From contig OX597819.1 of assembly GCA_951406725.2 (NCBI GenBank), forward strand, positions 88,846,001 through 88,910,000: DNA of 64,000 nucleotides, in the 5' to 3' direction. This document shows positions 1 through 11,642 of this stretch, piece after piece. The translations under genes and the position numbers were made by a program. This stretch comes from Octopus vulgaris (taxonomy: Eukaryota). A model generated the notes under the pieces. That model had not been told where the DNA came from and did no database searches. It was given only the letters and a program-made list of their open reading frames with translations. How positions within the stretch are numbered: position 1 is the stretch's first letter; each line of letters begins with the position of its first letter.

Positions 1-540
1 GTTCTAAGTTCAAATCCTGTGAGGGCCAACTGTGCATTATATATTACTCAAGGTCTTTGAGATAAATAATCAGTAAGATACCGGTCAAATTAATCTGAGA
101 CCCTTTTATTCAAATTAATAAGCTTCTGCTAATTAATATAAGAGATTCTTGTTATGACTAAAAAGAGAGAAAGAGGATGTTAAGTTGGTAACTGTGGTAC
201 AGAACCAAGCTGTCTGGCTTCCAATATTTAGTTCCATCTCCTAACGTTTTAAGTTCAAACCTTACTGGTGTTTAATCAACTTCACCTTTTATAACTGATG
301 AGATCAATAGGTAAGTATATTGAAGTTGATTCAATCATCAATCAACTATATTTGTTCTTTATGGCTTTAAGAAGTTCACTTTGCAACCACATGGTTTTGG
401 GCTCATTCCCATTGTGTGGCACCTTGAGCTAGTATCTTCTATAGCCCTAAGCTTACCAATGGCCTGTGAGTAAATCTGGTAGACAGAAACTGAATAGAAG
501 CCTGTTGTATGTGTGTGTGTGTGTGTGTGTTATTTATATA

Positions 541-1851
541 CTAGCAATGCACTCCGGCATTGCTCGGGTGTTATGACCTACAACCATATTGTATTATTTG
601 TTCCTTTCTTATGGGTAGAATCGGCACACTAGGAGTACGAAGCAAATAACTCTTCTTTATAAACATGATTTCCAGTCATTCTGATGAACAATGCCACAGT
701 TTCTGTGTACCAAATTCAGTCACAAGTCTATGGTTGGCCTAGGGCTATAGTAGAAAACACTTGCCCAAGGTACCATGCAGAGGGGCTGAATGTGAAACCA
801 TGTGGTTGGACAGCAAACTTCTCAACCACACAGTCATTCTTGCACCTAATGTGCGAGTGTGTGTGTTTACATTTGTTGTTAAATCAAGTATTGTGTTTCA
901 CTATGTCTCAAAGTTAGCAGTGCATCAAGCAGAGATCTATAAAATAAATGCCAGATTGAAATACAGACTGAGGTCAGTGTGATCAATTAAATTTTTGAAG
1001 GTGATACCCCATCATGGCGACAGTTGAAAGACAAAACCAAGTAAAATAATGTTTAGAGACTTAATGGCTTCAAATTTCAGGTAATGGATTACTAACCACA
1101 AGATAACGAAAGTTCAAAATATCAAATTGAACTTCCACTCTATATGATAACACTATATGTACATCTCAGCCTACTTGACTTCCGATAATTAACAATTGTA
1201 ATTGAAATTGAATGGTTAGCAGTAAGAAAGATGTCCAGATCTCTTAAAAAGTTATTGTGCAAAATATTCTGAGGAAAAGTACTTTTTTCACCACAACAAA
1301 ACACACACACATACACAGTGATGTGTCTGTGGTAACTTGAGCTACTACAAAGAGCAGCCAAATCTCTCTTAAAACACACCTTTTCATCAAAAGAAGGACA
1401 CAGATTTACAGTATTTCATGAAGAAAAATAAGGAAAAAACTATGTGATGGGTCTGCTATATCAGAGGCAACTCTGGGCTAAACAAAACATAGGCAAACAT
1501 ACTTCATATTAAAAGATTATCTACTAAATAATACTAATAAAGTTGGTAGTATATCTTTGGAGTTTTATTCCCTAGTAAAACTCCATGTATCTTAAACATT
1601 TTCTCATTATGCTCCAAGATTGTTCAGGCAGAGTTGCATCCCTTAGCTAAAGGCCTCAAAATTGTGTGACCCGAACTCGTTTCCAAGGTTACTTTTGAAG
1701 TAAAAAAAGAGTTGTTGCGCAAAAAACATACTTTATTTGGTAGCCTGAAGATCACTGAATCTTTTGATACCTCATACATCAAAATCAGCAACTCAGTTTT
1801 CAAATCCACAAGGAACATACACACACACAAACTTTGTTTTATATATTAGGA
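541..1851 (-). mobile_element. Helitron-like element (about 1.3 kb) with internal SINE pieces
   Basis: Minus-strand 5' end A|TCCTAATATATAAAA at 1851; 3' hairpin CCCGAGCAATGCCGG followed by CTAG|T at 541; flanks are two halves of one SINE (about 365-540 and 1852-1995). Confidence 0.65.
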
Positions 1852-2057
1852 TATATTCATACATACAAATCAGTGTTGGCATGTTTACATCCCATGTAAC
1901 TTAGCAGTTTGACAAAAGAGACTGATAGCGTAAGTACGAGGCTTACAAAAAGAAACAAAAGAATAAGTTCTGGGGTTGATCCGTTTGATTAAAATTGTAA
2001 ATTATATATATAAGTAAATAAATGGAGTTGAATGCAGGTGTTATTCAAATTCTTTTA

Positions 2058-2143
2058 CTTTCAACATATGTTTCGAAGACAACATTAGTTTTATTCCAAA
2101 GGAATAAATGGTGTAAAATAATGTAATCTTCTCATCAGGAAAG
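2058..2143 (-). ncRNA. Type I hammerhead ribozyme motif with GUU triplet and extended stem II
   Basis: Minus strand: CUUUC-CUGAUGA-GAAGA...UCUUC-GAAA-CAUAUG-UU-GAAAG. Stem II is extended by ACAUUA/UAAUGU and UUUAUUCC/GGAAUAAA. It lies in a segment of about 185 bp (2013-2197) between (TA)n tracts. Confidence 0.82.
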
Positions 2144-2415
2144 AAAGAGAATGTATCTTAACAACAAGACATTATAACAATTTTGATGACTGCAGTCATA
2201 TATATATATATATTTATTTGAAATTTTGATTAATTAAAAATCATTTCTTGTTCAAGTATGGTAGCCTGAATTTCTAAGTTCATTTAAGATTAACTGTTGA
2301 TAGAGTTTCCTGTATACATACATGGCTATAGATCCCAAAATATATATGCCCAGTCAAAATTATTTTGAAAATATATAAGCACAGAAATAGACAGGCAGCT
2401 GAGATATTGACCAGT

Positions 2416-2453
<38 letters not shown>

Positions 2454-3246
2454 ACAAGTGTATACAGAGTAAGCAGACAGTGGCATCCTTTATGCAGTTG
2501 TTCAACTTGTTAGAAACTGCTGCTAAATCTACTACAAGAAGGAAGAACACATATGATAATGTAATCCACTGTCTGAAACACAAAACTTTTCACAGCTGTA
2601 ATGTATTTGGCTAAAGGTCTGCTTTGTCAGGGTTGTGCTAGGACTAACAACAACTATATATTCAAAGGTCTATATGTTTCAGAAACTGGACTGTGGTCAT
2701 GTTGGGGCATCTCCTTGAAGGGTTGTAGACAATTAAATCAACCTCAGTACTTATTATATCAGTCTCTTTTGCTGAACTAAGTAACAAGGACTTAAACCAA
2801 TACCAGTTACCAATTGTATATGCTTGTCTATACAATGGGCTTCTACACAATTTCCATCAATTGAATTTACTTGCAAGGCAGTGGTTAGCCTGGGGCTATA
2901 TTAGAAGATAATATAGTCAGTCCCACTATGCACCCAAGGTGGCGCATAGTGGGACTGAACCTGAAACCACATGGCTGAAAACCAAGCTTCTTAACCTCAC
3001 AACCATACTGCACCTATACGTACACTAATCTAAACAGTTACATCTTACAAGGGCCAGAGGATTTAAACACACACACACACAAACATAATTGCATATATGT
3101 GTGTATTACTTAAGTCAGAACACTGACATGCATATACATACATATCTAAACAAACCAAAACATAAAACTCAGTTCTCATATGCTACGAAAAAAAAATGTA
3201 ATTTTCTTTTTTAAGAATAAAATAAATAGACAAAGAAGAGACCTAC

Positions 3247-3360
3247 CACAGTTTTTCTCATCTGAGTTATCCCCGCAGTCGTTTTCCTGATCACACAGCC
3301 AAATTTTAGGAATGCAGTTACCATTTTTGCACTTGATGTCATTTTTAATGCATTCATCAG
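3247..3360 (-). CDS. LRP4: Internal coding exon, LDL-receptor class A repeat (LRP4-like gene)
   Basis: Minus strand reads ttatctttcag|CT ... G|gtaggt; 114 nt, phase 1-1; (S)[37 protein letters not shown]. Confidence 0.9.
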
Positions 3361-3472
3361 CTGAAAGATAATGGCATTTTCATTACTGCACAAAAAAACA
3401 AAAACAAAAAAAAAACACAACACCACTAGGCAAGAAATGGAAACAAAATTGAAGGAAGAGGGAAAAATAATA

Positions 3473-3508
<36 letters not shown>

Positions 3509-4363
3509 GTGTTGTTTTCTTTATCAACCACTAAGGATTGACAAAAACATCAAGGATGGTACAGGATGATACAGAGTGGTTTTACATAAAAGCAAATACA
3601 AAAAAGTATAATAGCAGAAAGAAAGAAATGGAAAAAAATTCAAACGAGGAATAATTTCCTATAGGTATGGGAGACCTCCTAGGGTGCCAATGGAAAGCCC
3701 ACAAAGCCATGGTCACTCTGACCACTAGGGCAAGTGCTCTTCCCCAGTTGTCGCCCTCTGTTCTCCAGGTGCAGCAACAACAATAATGATAATATTCCTT
3801 TCTACTTAAAGGCACAAGGCCTTAAATTTTGGAGGAGGAGTCTAGTCGAGTATATCAACCCCAGTATTTCACTGGTACTTAATTTGTCAACCTCAGCAGA
3901 AACAACAACAACAATAATAATAATGATAATAATAACAACAATAATAATGATGTCAAATTTTGGCACAAGGCCAGCAATTCTGGAAGAAGAGATAAGTTAA
4001 TTACATCAATCTCAGTGTTCAACTGGTACTTATTTTATTGACCCCAAAAGGATGAAAGACAAAGTCGACCATGGCGGAATGGATGAAACGCCACTAAGAA
4101 TTTTTGACCAGCATTCTATCAGCATTCTACTGACTTGAACATAATAATAATTGTTTCTGATATAAACATAAGGCTGGAAATTTGGGGTAGGGGGATAATC
4201 AATTACATTGAGTCAAGGGCTCAACTGGTACTTATTTTATTGGCTCTGAAAGGATGAAAGACAAAGTTGACTCCAGCAGAATTACAATTCAGTTGGAACA
4301 AGTTGGAACAAAGACTACAAAATATTTTTCTGACACGTTAATGATTCTGCTAACGCATTGCCC

Positions 4364-4391
4364 TAATAATAATAATAATAATAAAAATAAA

Positions 4392-4437
<46 letters not shown>

Positions 4438-4512
4438 GTAATAATAATAATAATAATAATATTAATAATAATAATAATAATAATAATAACAATGATGATA
4501 ATAATAATGATG
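4364..4512. repeat. (AAT)n microsatellite
   Basis: Read directly; it produces the poly-N, poly-L and poly-I ORFs. Confidence 0.97.
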
Positions 4513-4985
4513 ATTTCTTTATTTGCCACCAGGGCAATGGCTGAGGAACATGATATAAAAACAGACATAGATTGTGGTAATTTACACAGAAGCAAATGAT
4601 AAAAGAAAACAATGTAATTAGACATGACATACAATATTTAAAAAATTGACAGAAAAAGAAAATAATGTAAGACTGACTATTCATACAGCTTGGAGAATCT
4701 CTAGTGCCAATAGAGGAACCCCACCAAACAAGATCTCCCTCAAAACCAAGAGCCTTCTTCAATTTTTGCTCTCTGACTTATAGGTCTATATTCAGGGCGG
4801 GAACCATCCTTTTTTTGCAAATTTTTACCAATTTTACCCCACTTTCAATAGATTCACTCAAGGACAGCATCTCCCTCTTCACCTTCACCTTTTTCAAATG
4901 AAACTTGAAGAAGTCAATGAGGGCCCTACCAAGGAAGAAAGTCTCTACCCTCATACTTTTTAACCTCATTTATCACACTACCTAT
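4504..4985 (-). mobile_element. Tx1/L1-like LINE 3' end with (ATT)n tail
   Basis: ORF-end remnant RLKSMRVETFFLGRALIDFFKFHLKKVKVKREMLS, then a 3' UTR, AATAAA and (ATT)n. A similar UTR lies at about 3490-3775. The clade assignment is inference. Confidence 0.55.
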
Positions 4986-5439
4986 TTTACTATAGGTCCC
5001 AGACAGAGAAAAACTGCATTCCTTGCTTGGAATGTGAAAAACTGTATCTAGGAAGTAGTAAAAGTGTCTTATGAAATGCTATACGTCTTCACGTGCTTTT
5101 AAGAGTTTATGTTTAACTCAAGCTCCTTGGCAGATAGAAGGAAACATTTCTCCTGAAAGGGCTGCTAGTAAACTGCCAGATAACATCTTCAGTCTATTCC
5201 TTTGTGATTATGTAAACCAAACAGGTTAAACTTAATCATTTAGTGCTTAAACTGGCCATATCCGGCCAGAATATTCTACTTTTTTCATGTTCAAGCTGAT
5301 CAGATCCAACCTCTCACACCTACCCTACAATGCCATTCTAAAGATAAACAATCACATCATCAAAATCTTGAAGCTATGAGATAATGCAAAACTAATTCAA
5401 GACAATGTGAATATATAAGCATTACATTTGACAGAGTAA

Positions 5440-5838
5440 TCTATATATATATATAAAGCTGAAGTTGTCTGTGTATGGCAGGTTTGGTAGCCTTCAACTA
5501 ACACTATCTCCTCCGAGACACTGTGGCGCAAGTTGACCAAAATTGAGAGTATGACAGAAGAAAGCTTGCTCTTCCTTCTGTAGAAGAAAAAATTCAAATC
5601 GAAACACGTTAACACCAAAAATTATTTACATCAAAACGGTGCTTTTTTTCTATGGAAATCCCTATTTTTTACGATTTTTGACTGCTGTGTCGCCATTTTT
5701 CGGTGTATTTCAACCAGAAAAATGTTCAGTTAAATAGAATAACAAGCTACATAATGCAAAATTATTACTTTTCAAAAATTCCAATTGTGAAGGGTCAAAA
5801 AGAAAACAAGCCCAAGCAACGCTGGGCTATACTGCTAG
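5440..5838 (+). mobile_element. Non-autonomous Helitron (399 bp)
   Basis: 5' A|TC, 3' CTAG|T, subterminal hairpin GCCC(A)AGC-AAC-GCTGGGC, no TSD. It interrupts a MITE at gacagagtaa^tct, and the uninterrupted site is seen at 15399-15411. Confidence 0.88.
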
Positions 5839-6921
5839 TCTAACATTAAAGAGTTAAATCTACTACCCTAAAACACAACAAATATCATTACAGGATTTGA
5901 TTCAAAGTCAAAGATATTTAGCTGTATTGATACCATCTTTTCAGCTGAACACAAGGCTCAATGGTCATATGGGTTTAACTATTTCTCAATACAACAGGGT
6001 GTGATCTACCTTTTATGTTTTACTTATTTCAGTCATTGAATTATGACCATGCTGGGGGCACTTCCTTAAAGGGTTTAGTTAGGGAGATATGTCTTCTATT
6101 TCAGACAGGCCAAAATACATACAGGTTCTCTCATAACATTCTGTCATGAGTACTTGATAAACAGTTGAGTGGAGGCACATGGCCAGTGGAGGCACATGGC
6201 CTAGTGGTTAGAGCAGTGGACTCGCAGTCGAGGGATCACAGGTTCGAATCTCAGACTGAGTGATGTGTGTGTTTATGAGTGAAACACCTAAGCTCCATGC
6301 AGCTCTGGCAGAAAGTAATGGCGAACTTCTGCTGACTCTTTTGCCACAACTTTCTCTCACTCTTTCCTCCTGCATCTTGCAGCTCACCTGCAATGGACTG
6401 GCGCCCCGTCCAGGTGAGGAATCTATACGCCAAGGAAACTGGGAAACCAGCCCTAATGAGCCAGGTGTGGTTCGAGAAGGAACAAACTCGATAAACAGTT
6501 GGTTAATCATAATGCTATTGTTGAAATCTAAGACACAAGACACATCAAACAAAATGAACTACAAAACTTCAATTATTCCTCTGAGTACCATAAAAAAGAT
6601 ATAGAAAAATATGTGTACACATGTGAGTGTATATCTGTGTCTCCTTGTCTTGACATCATATGTAATTGATTGCATTGTCATACAAGCAGTGTCGTTCATT
6701 TTTAGTATTCTGTGAGAACATGTTTTGCCATGGAGCAATATCACATTGCTAGTAAACAGATGAGGGTTGGTGACAGGAAGGGTATCCAGCTATAGAATAT
6801 CTTCCTCAATAAACTCCATCTAACCCATGCAAGTAGGAAAAAGTGGAGGTTAAAATGATGGTAATGATATCATTCATCACTCACAACAAAAGAAATAGAG
6901 TAATAGAAAGAGATTACTCAC

Positions 6922-7035
6922 AACATCGCTCATCAGAGCCATCTTTGCAGTCTTTGGCATCATCACATCTCCATTGAGACTTTATACAGTGACCGTCATC
7001 ACATCGGAACTCATCTTCGGTGCAATTCTTGGGAG
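6922..7035 (-). CDS. LRP4: Internal coding exon, LDL-receptor class A repeat (LRP4-like gene)
   Basis: Minus strand reads cttttgcaaaatag|CT ... T|gtgagt; 114 nt, phase 1-1; (P)[37 protein letters not shown]; splices in frame to both neighbours. PP-x2-C-x-EDEF and the short SDE-x-C ending resemble LRP4 repeat 3 as recalled. Confidence 0.9.
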
Positions 7036-7440
7036 CTATTTTGCAAAAGACAAAAAAGAAAAGAAAAGAAATTATAAACAAATAAATACAGCAGTGGCTG
7101 TGTTGTTAAGAAATTCATCCCACTCACTTCACAATGACATGGTTCTGCATTCAATTCTACTCTAGCATTAGTTTTACCAATTCTTTCTGAGTGGAATCTG
7201 GCAGGCAGAGACTGTACAAACATATGTATGTTTGTGTGTCTAAGTTTACCATGGTTGATCTGTTAAACAGTTTATTTTGCAGTCAAGGGGTGTTGAGTTC
7301 AATTCTACTGCAAGAAATCTTTGATGTTCTTTAACAAGCCTTGTGAGTGAAAATGATTAGATGGAAACAGTGCAGAAGCCTATCTGATGAACTGTACCAG
7401 TAATTCAAAGAAAGGAACAACTTTGTCATACACTGTGTCA

Positions 7441-7770
7441 TTCAGGTTTTTTGCTTAAGGCCAGTTACACTCTAAGTCAGTCTAGTTGATCAAACAACTG
7501 AAATACTCACTATTGAAACTAATAGGTCCACTTGTGTCTTTGTATGCTTACTCGTGTCTTTGTATGCTTACTTGTGTCTTTGTATGCTAGGTTCACTGTA
7601 TATCAGACTGAAGTACTTCAGTCTGATATACAGTGAACCTAGCACTGGTTTCTATACGAGTAAGCATACAAAGACACAAGTGGACCTATTAGTTTCAATA
7701 GTGAGTATTTCAGTTGTTTGATCAACTAGACTGACTTAGAGTGTAACTGGCCTTAAGCAAAAAACCTGAA
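7441..7770. repeat. Nested palindrome of 330 bp
   Basis: 7441-7555 is the reverse complement of 7656-7770; 7585-7644 is a spacer-less 60-bp palindrome; a 20-mer is repeated about 3 times at 7531-7588. Confidence 0.95.
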
Positions 7771-7979
7771 ACCCTGAAAGTAGTTCCCCTGTATGTTTGC
7801 TGTCTAATAACTGGAACCAGTAACAGAATAACAGTATAGAAACAACATACACAGATAGTTACTATAATATTACTATTTATTATGACCGAAATACATAAAG
7901 CAGTGGACTGGCAGATTTGGTACTGTATCAGACAAATTGCTGGCCTTGTGCCAAAATTGGAAAGAATCGTTACTATTAA

Positions 7980-8201
7980 CCCATTAGTGCCCGAATTTTA
8001 TTATTTAATTTATTACTAAAAAGTTTTTTTTATACAACTGTATCTGATACTAAGTATATAAAAAAATTTTAATACAATACTTGAAAGACACTCCAGTCTT
8101 GATGACTAACTAAAAAATATCTCTGAAAACTATAGGTGTTGCATAAATATGAAGGATTATCCTTCTGGCCCTAAAAAAAAAGGACCATGGGCACTAAGAG
8201 G
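7980..8201. mobile_element. piggyBac-type MITE, second family
   Basis: TTAA|CCCATTAGTGCCC ... GGGCACTAAGAGG|TTAA. Confidence 0.7.
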
Positions 8202-8645
8202 TTAAGGTGGTGAGCTGACAGAAACATTAGGATGTTGGGAAAATGTTTTGCAGTAATTTTTATGTTCTTTATGCTCTGAGCTCAAATCTAGCCATGGTCA
8301 ACATAGCTGTTTAGCCTTTCAGGGTTGCTGTAATAAAGTACCAGACAAGAACTGGAGTCGATATAATGTCCCCTGCCCCACTAACATTAGTGGTCTTGAG
8401 TTATAATTTGAGACAAAGGTAGTGAGCTAGCAGAATTGTTTGCATCCTGTGTGACACCTTGAGCAAGTGTCTTCTACTATAGCCTCAGGGCCAAGCAAAG
8501 CTTTGTGGGTGGGTTTGGTGGACGAAAACTAAAAGAAGCCTGTTGTATGTATGTTCGTATGTGTGTGTGTGTTTTTGTCCCCCTGCCATCGCTTGACAAC
8601 CAATACTGGTGTGTAACTCAGTTGTTTGGCAAAAGAGATCAATAG

Positions 8646-8787
8646 AATTTGAAACCGTTATGATTGAAATTCATATGATGATAGGGTTGTTCATGCAGAG
8701 TGACCTGGGGTTATAAAATGAGACACTCCATTTGACTGCTAAAATCTATTATTGCAAATATGATGTAATGGATGATGATGATGATGA

Positions 8788-8818
<31 letters not shown>

Positions 8819-10554
8819 AAGAAGAAGAAGAAGAAGAAGAAGAAGAAGGAGGAGGAGGAGGAGGAGGAGGAGGAGGAGGAGGAGGAGAAATTTTCCCAAT
8901 ACTGTAGGGTGTAATGGGAATGAAATTTGGCTGCTATTTCTAGCAGGTCAAGAGGCCATATAAAGGGTTCTCATATTCAATCCTGCTGTCGCTATTATTA
9001 CTTAGACCCAAGCTGGCTCTGGTCAAGCAGGTCTTTGATCAAAATACATTCCAGCCATAAACATAGGGTTCTTTTTTTTTTCGTTTTTGCAGACCACAAC
9101 AAAGTTAGGATTAGAGTAATCAATGTCTTTAATTATAAAATTTTTTAAGACAGTTGAGTGTTATTTGAGAGATTTTGCTGTTATTTCTAGCTAACAGAAC
9201 AGCCATGTAGAGGACTCTTCATTGGTTTGAATTCAATTCTATTCTGAATAGTAGTGGAGCATAATGCAAACAGAAATGAGGCAATTACAAATGGAGGTTG
9301 AAATTGGGTTGCATATCTCCTTTGCTTGTTAATTTATTGCCACCCCCCCCCACACCCTAACCAACACCAATAACGAGTAAATAATCATCTCTCTCAACAT
9401 TCTTAGGGGATAAATTAAAACTGGTAATTAAAAATTGCTGCTATACATCATGATAGCTGACTGATATCTATCTGTGATCTTATTCAATAGAACACACCTA
9501 GAGTATATTAATTACATAAAACATATAAACTTAGTGGCATTTGTTATGACTTTACGATCTGAGTTCAAGTTCCACTGGGGTTAACTTTATGGTTCATCTT
9601 TTGGGGATTGATAAAATAAAGCACCAGCTAAGAACTGGGGTTGATGTGACCAACTAGCCCCACCAACATCTGAAATTGCTGGCCTTGGGGCAAAATTTGA
9701 AACCATTATGATTGAAATTCATATGATGATAGGGTTGTTCATGCAGAGTGACCTGGGGTTATAAAATGAGACACTCCATTTGACTGCTAAAATTCATTAT
9801 TGCAAGTATGATGTAATGGATGATGATGATGAAGAAGAAGAAGAAGAAGAAGGAGGAGGAGGAGGAGAAGAAGAAGAAGGAGGAGAAGAAGAAGAAGAAG
9901 AAGAAGAAGAAGAAGAAGAAATTTTCCCAATACTGTAGGGTGTAATGGGAATGAAATTTGGCTGCTATTTCTAGCAGGTCAAGAGGCCATATAAAGGGTT
10001 CTCATATTCAATCCTGCTGTCGCTATTATTACTTAGACCAAGCTAGCTCTGGTCAAGCAGGTCTTTGATCAAAATACATTCCAGCCATAAACATAGGGTT
10101 CTTTTTTTTCTTTTTTGCAGATCACAATAAAGTTAGGATTAGAGTAATCAATGTCTTTAATTAAAAATTTTTTTAAGACAGTTGAGTGTTATTTGAGAGA
10201 TTTTGCTGTTATTTCTAGCTAACAGAACAGCCATGTAGAGGACTCCTCATTGGTTTGAATTCAATTCTATTCTGAATAGTAGTGGAGCATAATGCAAACA
10301 GAAATGAGGCAATTACAAATGGAGGTTGAAATTGGGTTGCATATCTCCTTTGCTTGTTAATTTATTGCCACCCCCCCACACCTAACCAACACCAATAACG
10401 AGTAAATAATCATCTCTCTCAACATTCTTAGGGGATAAATTAAAACTGGTAATTAAAAATTGCTGCTATACATCATGATAGCTGACTGATATCTATCTGT
10501 GATCTTATTCAATAGAACACACCTAGAGTATATTAATTACATAAAACATATAAA
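8646..10554. repeat. Local direct duplication of about 0.88 kb
   Basis: 8646-9529 matches 9694-10554, differing mainly in the (AAG)n(GAG)n and poly-C/T runs; the spacer is a SINE fragment. Confidence 0.92.
8771..8887. repeat. (GAT)n(AAG)n(GAG)n compound microsatellite
   Basis: Read directly; a differently arranged version lies at 9819-9920. Confidence 0.97.
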
Positions 10555-11224
10555 TAAATAGTTTGTTCTTTTTTGTTTATGTTTAATGCCACCCCCACCC
10601 CCCTACTTGCAAATTACAGAGTTGTGGTAGCAATATTATGTTCCAAGAGGAAGGGTTTGAGCTGATAAGAAAAAGAAAATTAGGTCTCTAGTTTAGATAT
10701 ATATACACTGCCACTTGTATAAAAATGAATAACAGTGTAGTAGGTGTCTGTGTAAACATGTGAAAAGATAAGTGCGATTAAATTTCCTAATTTACAGTAA
10801 TCAAAGATTAAATACACTCATAAAGCTAACTAAACTGACATTTTATATTAAATTTATATAATTTCCTGGGTCATTAGAAGTGACTTTTTGTGGATAATAA
10901 TGAGAATTTGATAGATATGAGGGTCTTGAAATATTACAGTAGATATCATATACTGAAGATGGATGTTCATTCTTCGACTCACTGAGTACTTCCTCTAAGA
11001 AATATACATTGTTTCTCCAAAATAATGTCCTTCTTCTTAATCGCCATCCTAATCCACAGCACCATATTAATCACTGTTTGCGAGAGAGAAGAGAAGGGTG
11101 TTTTCTACGATTCCCCACTCACCAAGATACTTGTATCATTTTGTTACTGAAGCCCCTTATTCTCAGAGCTGACCTTGTCCAATTTATTTCTGTATTTTCA
11201 CCAGTGTTTCTCAGCTAAACTCTT

Positions 11225-11642
11225 TACTCTCTTTTACTCTTTTACTTGTTTCAGTCGTGTGACTGTGGCCATGCTGGAGCACCGCCTTTAGTCGAGCAAA
11301 TCGACCCCAGGACTTATTCTTTGTAAGCCTAGTACTTATTCTATCGGTCTCTTTTGCCAAACCACTAAGTTACAGGGACGTAAACACACCAGCATCGGTT
11401 GTCAAGCTATGTTGCGGGGTGGAGACAAACACAGACACACAAACATATACACACACATCCATATATATATGCATATATACGATGGGCTTCTTTCAGTTTC
11501 CGTTTACCAAATCCACTCGCAAGGCTTTGGTTGGCCCAAAGCTATAGTAGAAGACACTTGCCCAAAGTACCATGCAGTGGGACTGAATCCGGAACCATGT
11601 GGTTTGTAAGCAAGCTACTTACCACACAGTCACTCCTATGCC
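11225..11642 (-). mobile_element. tRNA-derived SINE family A (CORE-like), full length
   Basis: A and B boxes, CTTGGGCAAGTGTC core-like segment, internal TA/TG repeat and (GTAAAAGA)n tail. Other copies at about 24360-24730(-), 25695-25900(+), 33230-33600(+), 39680-40080(-), 48890-49292(-) and 62350-62710(-). Confidence 0.85.

Noticed and set aside
3211-3531. 106-aa minus-strand ORF as a gene
   Set aside because: It is the wrong frame over the real LDLa exon plus a microsatellite.
4254-4762. Poly-N, poly-L and poly-I ORFs
   Set aside because: They are translations of an (AAT)n microsatellite.
6187-6260. tRNA gene
   Set aside because: A and B boxes are present, but the sequence continues into a SINE body and lacks a complete acceptor stem.
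7441-7770. Palindrome as a miRNA precursor or hammerhead carrier
   Set aside because: The arms are too long and perfect for a typical pre-miRNA, and no CUGANGA...GAAA core with matching stems was found.
8711-8963. Poly-K/E, poly-R and poly-L ORFs
   Set aside because: They come from the (AAG)n(GAG)n microsatellite.
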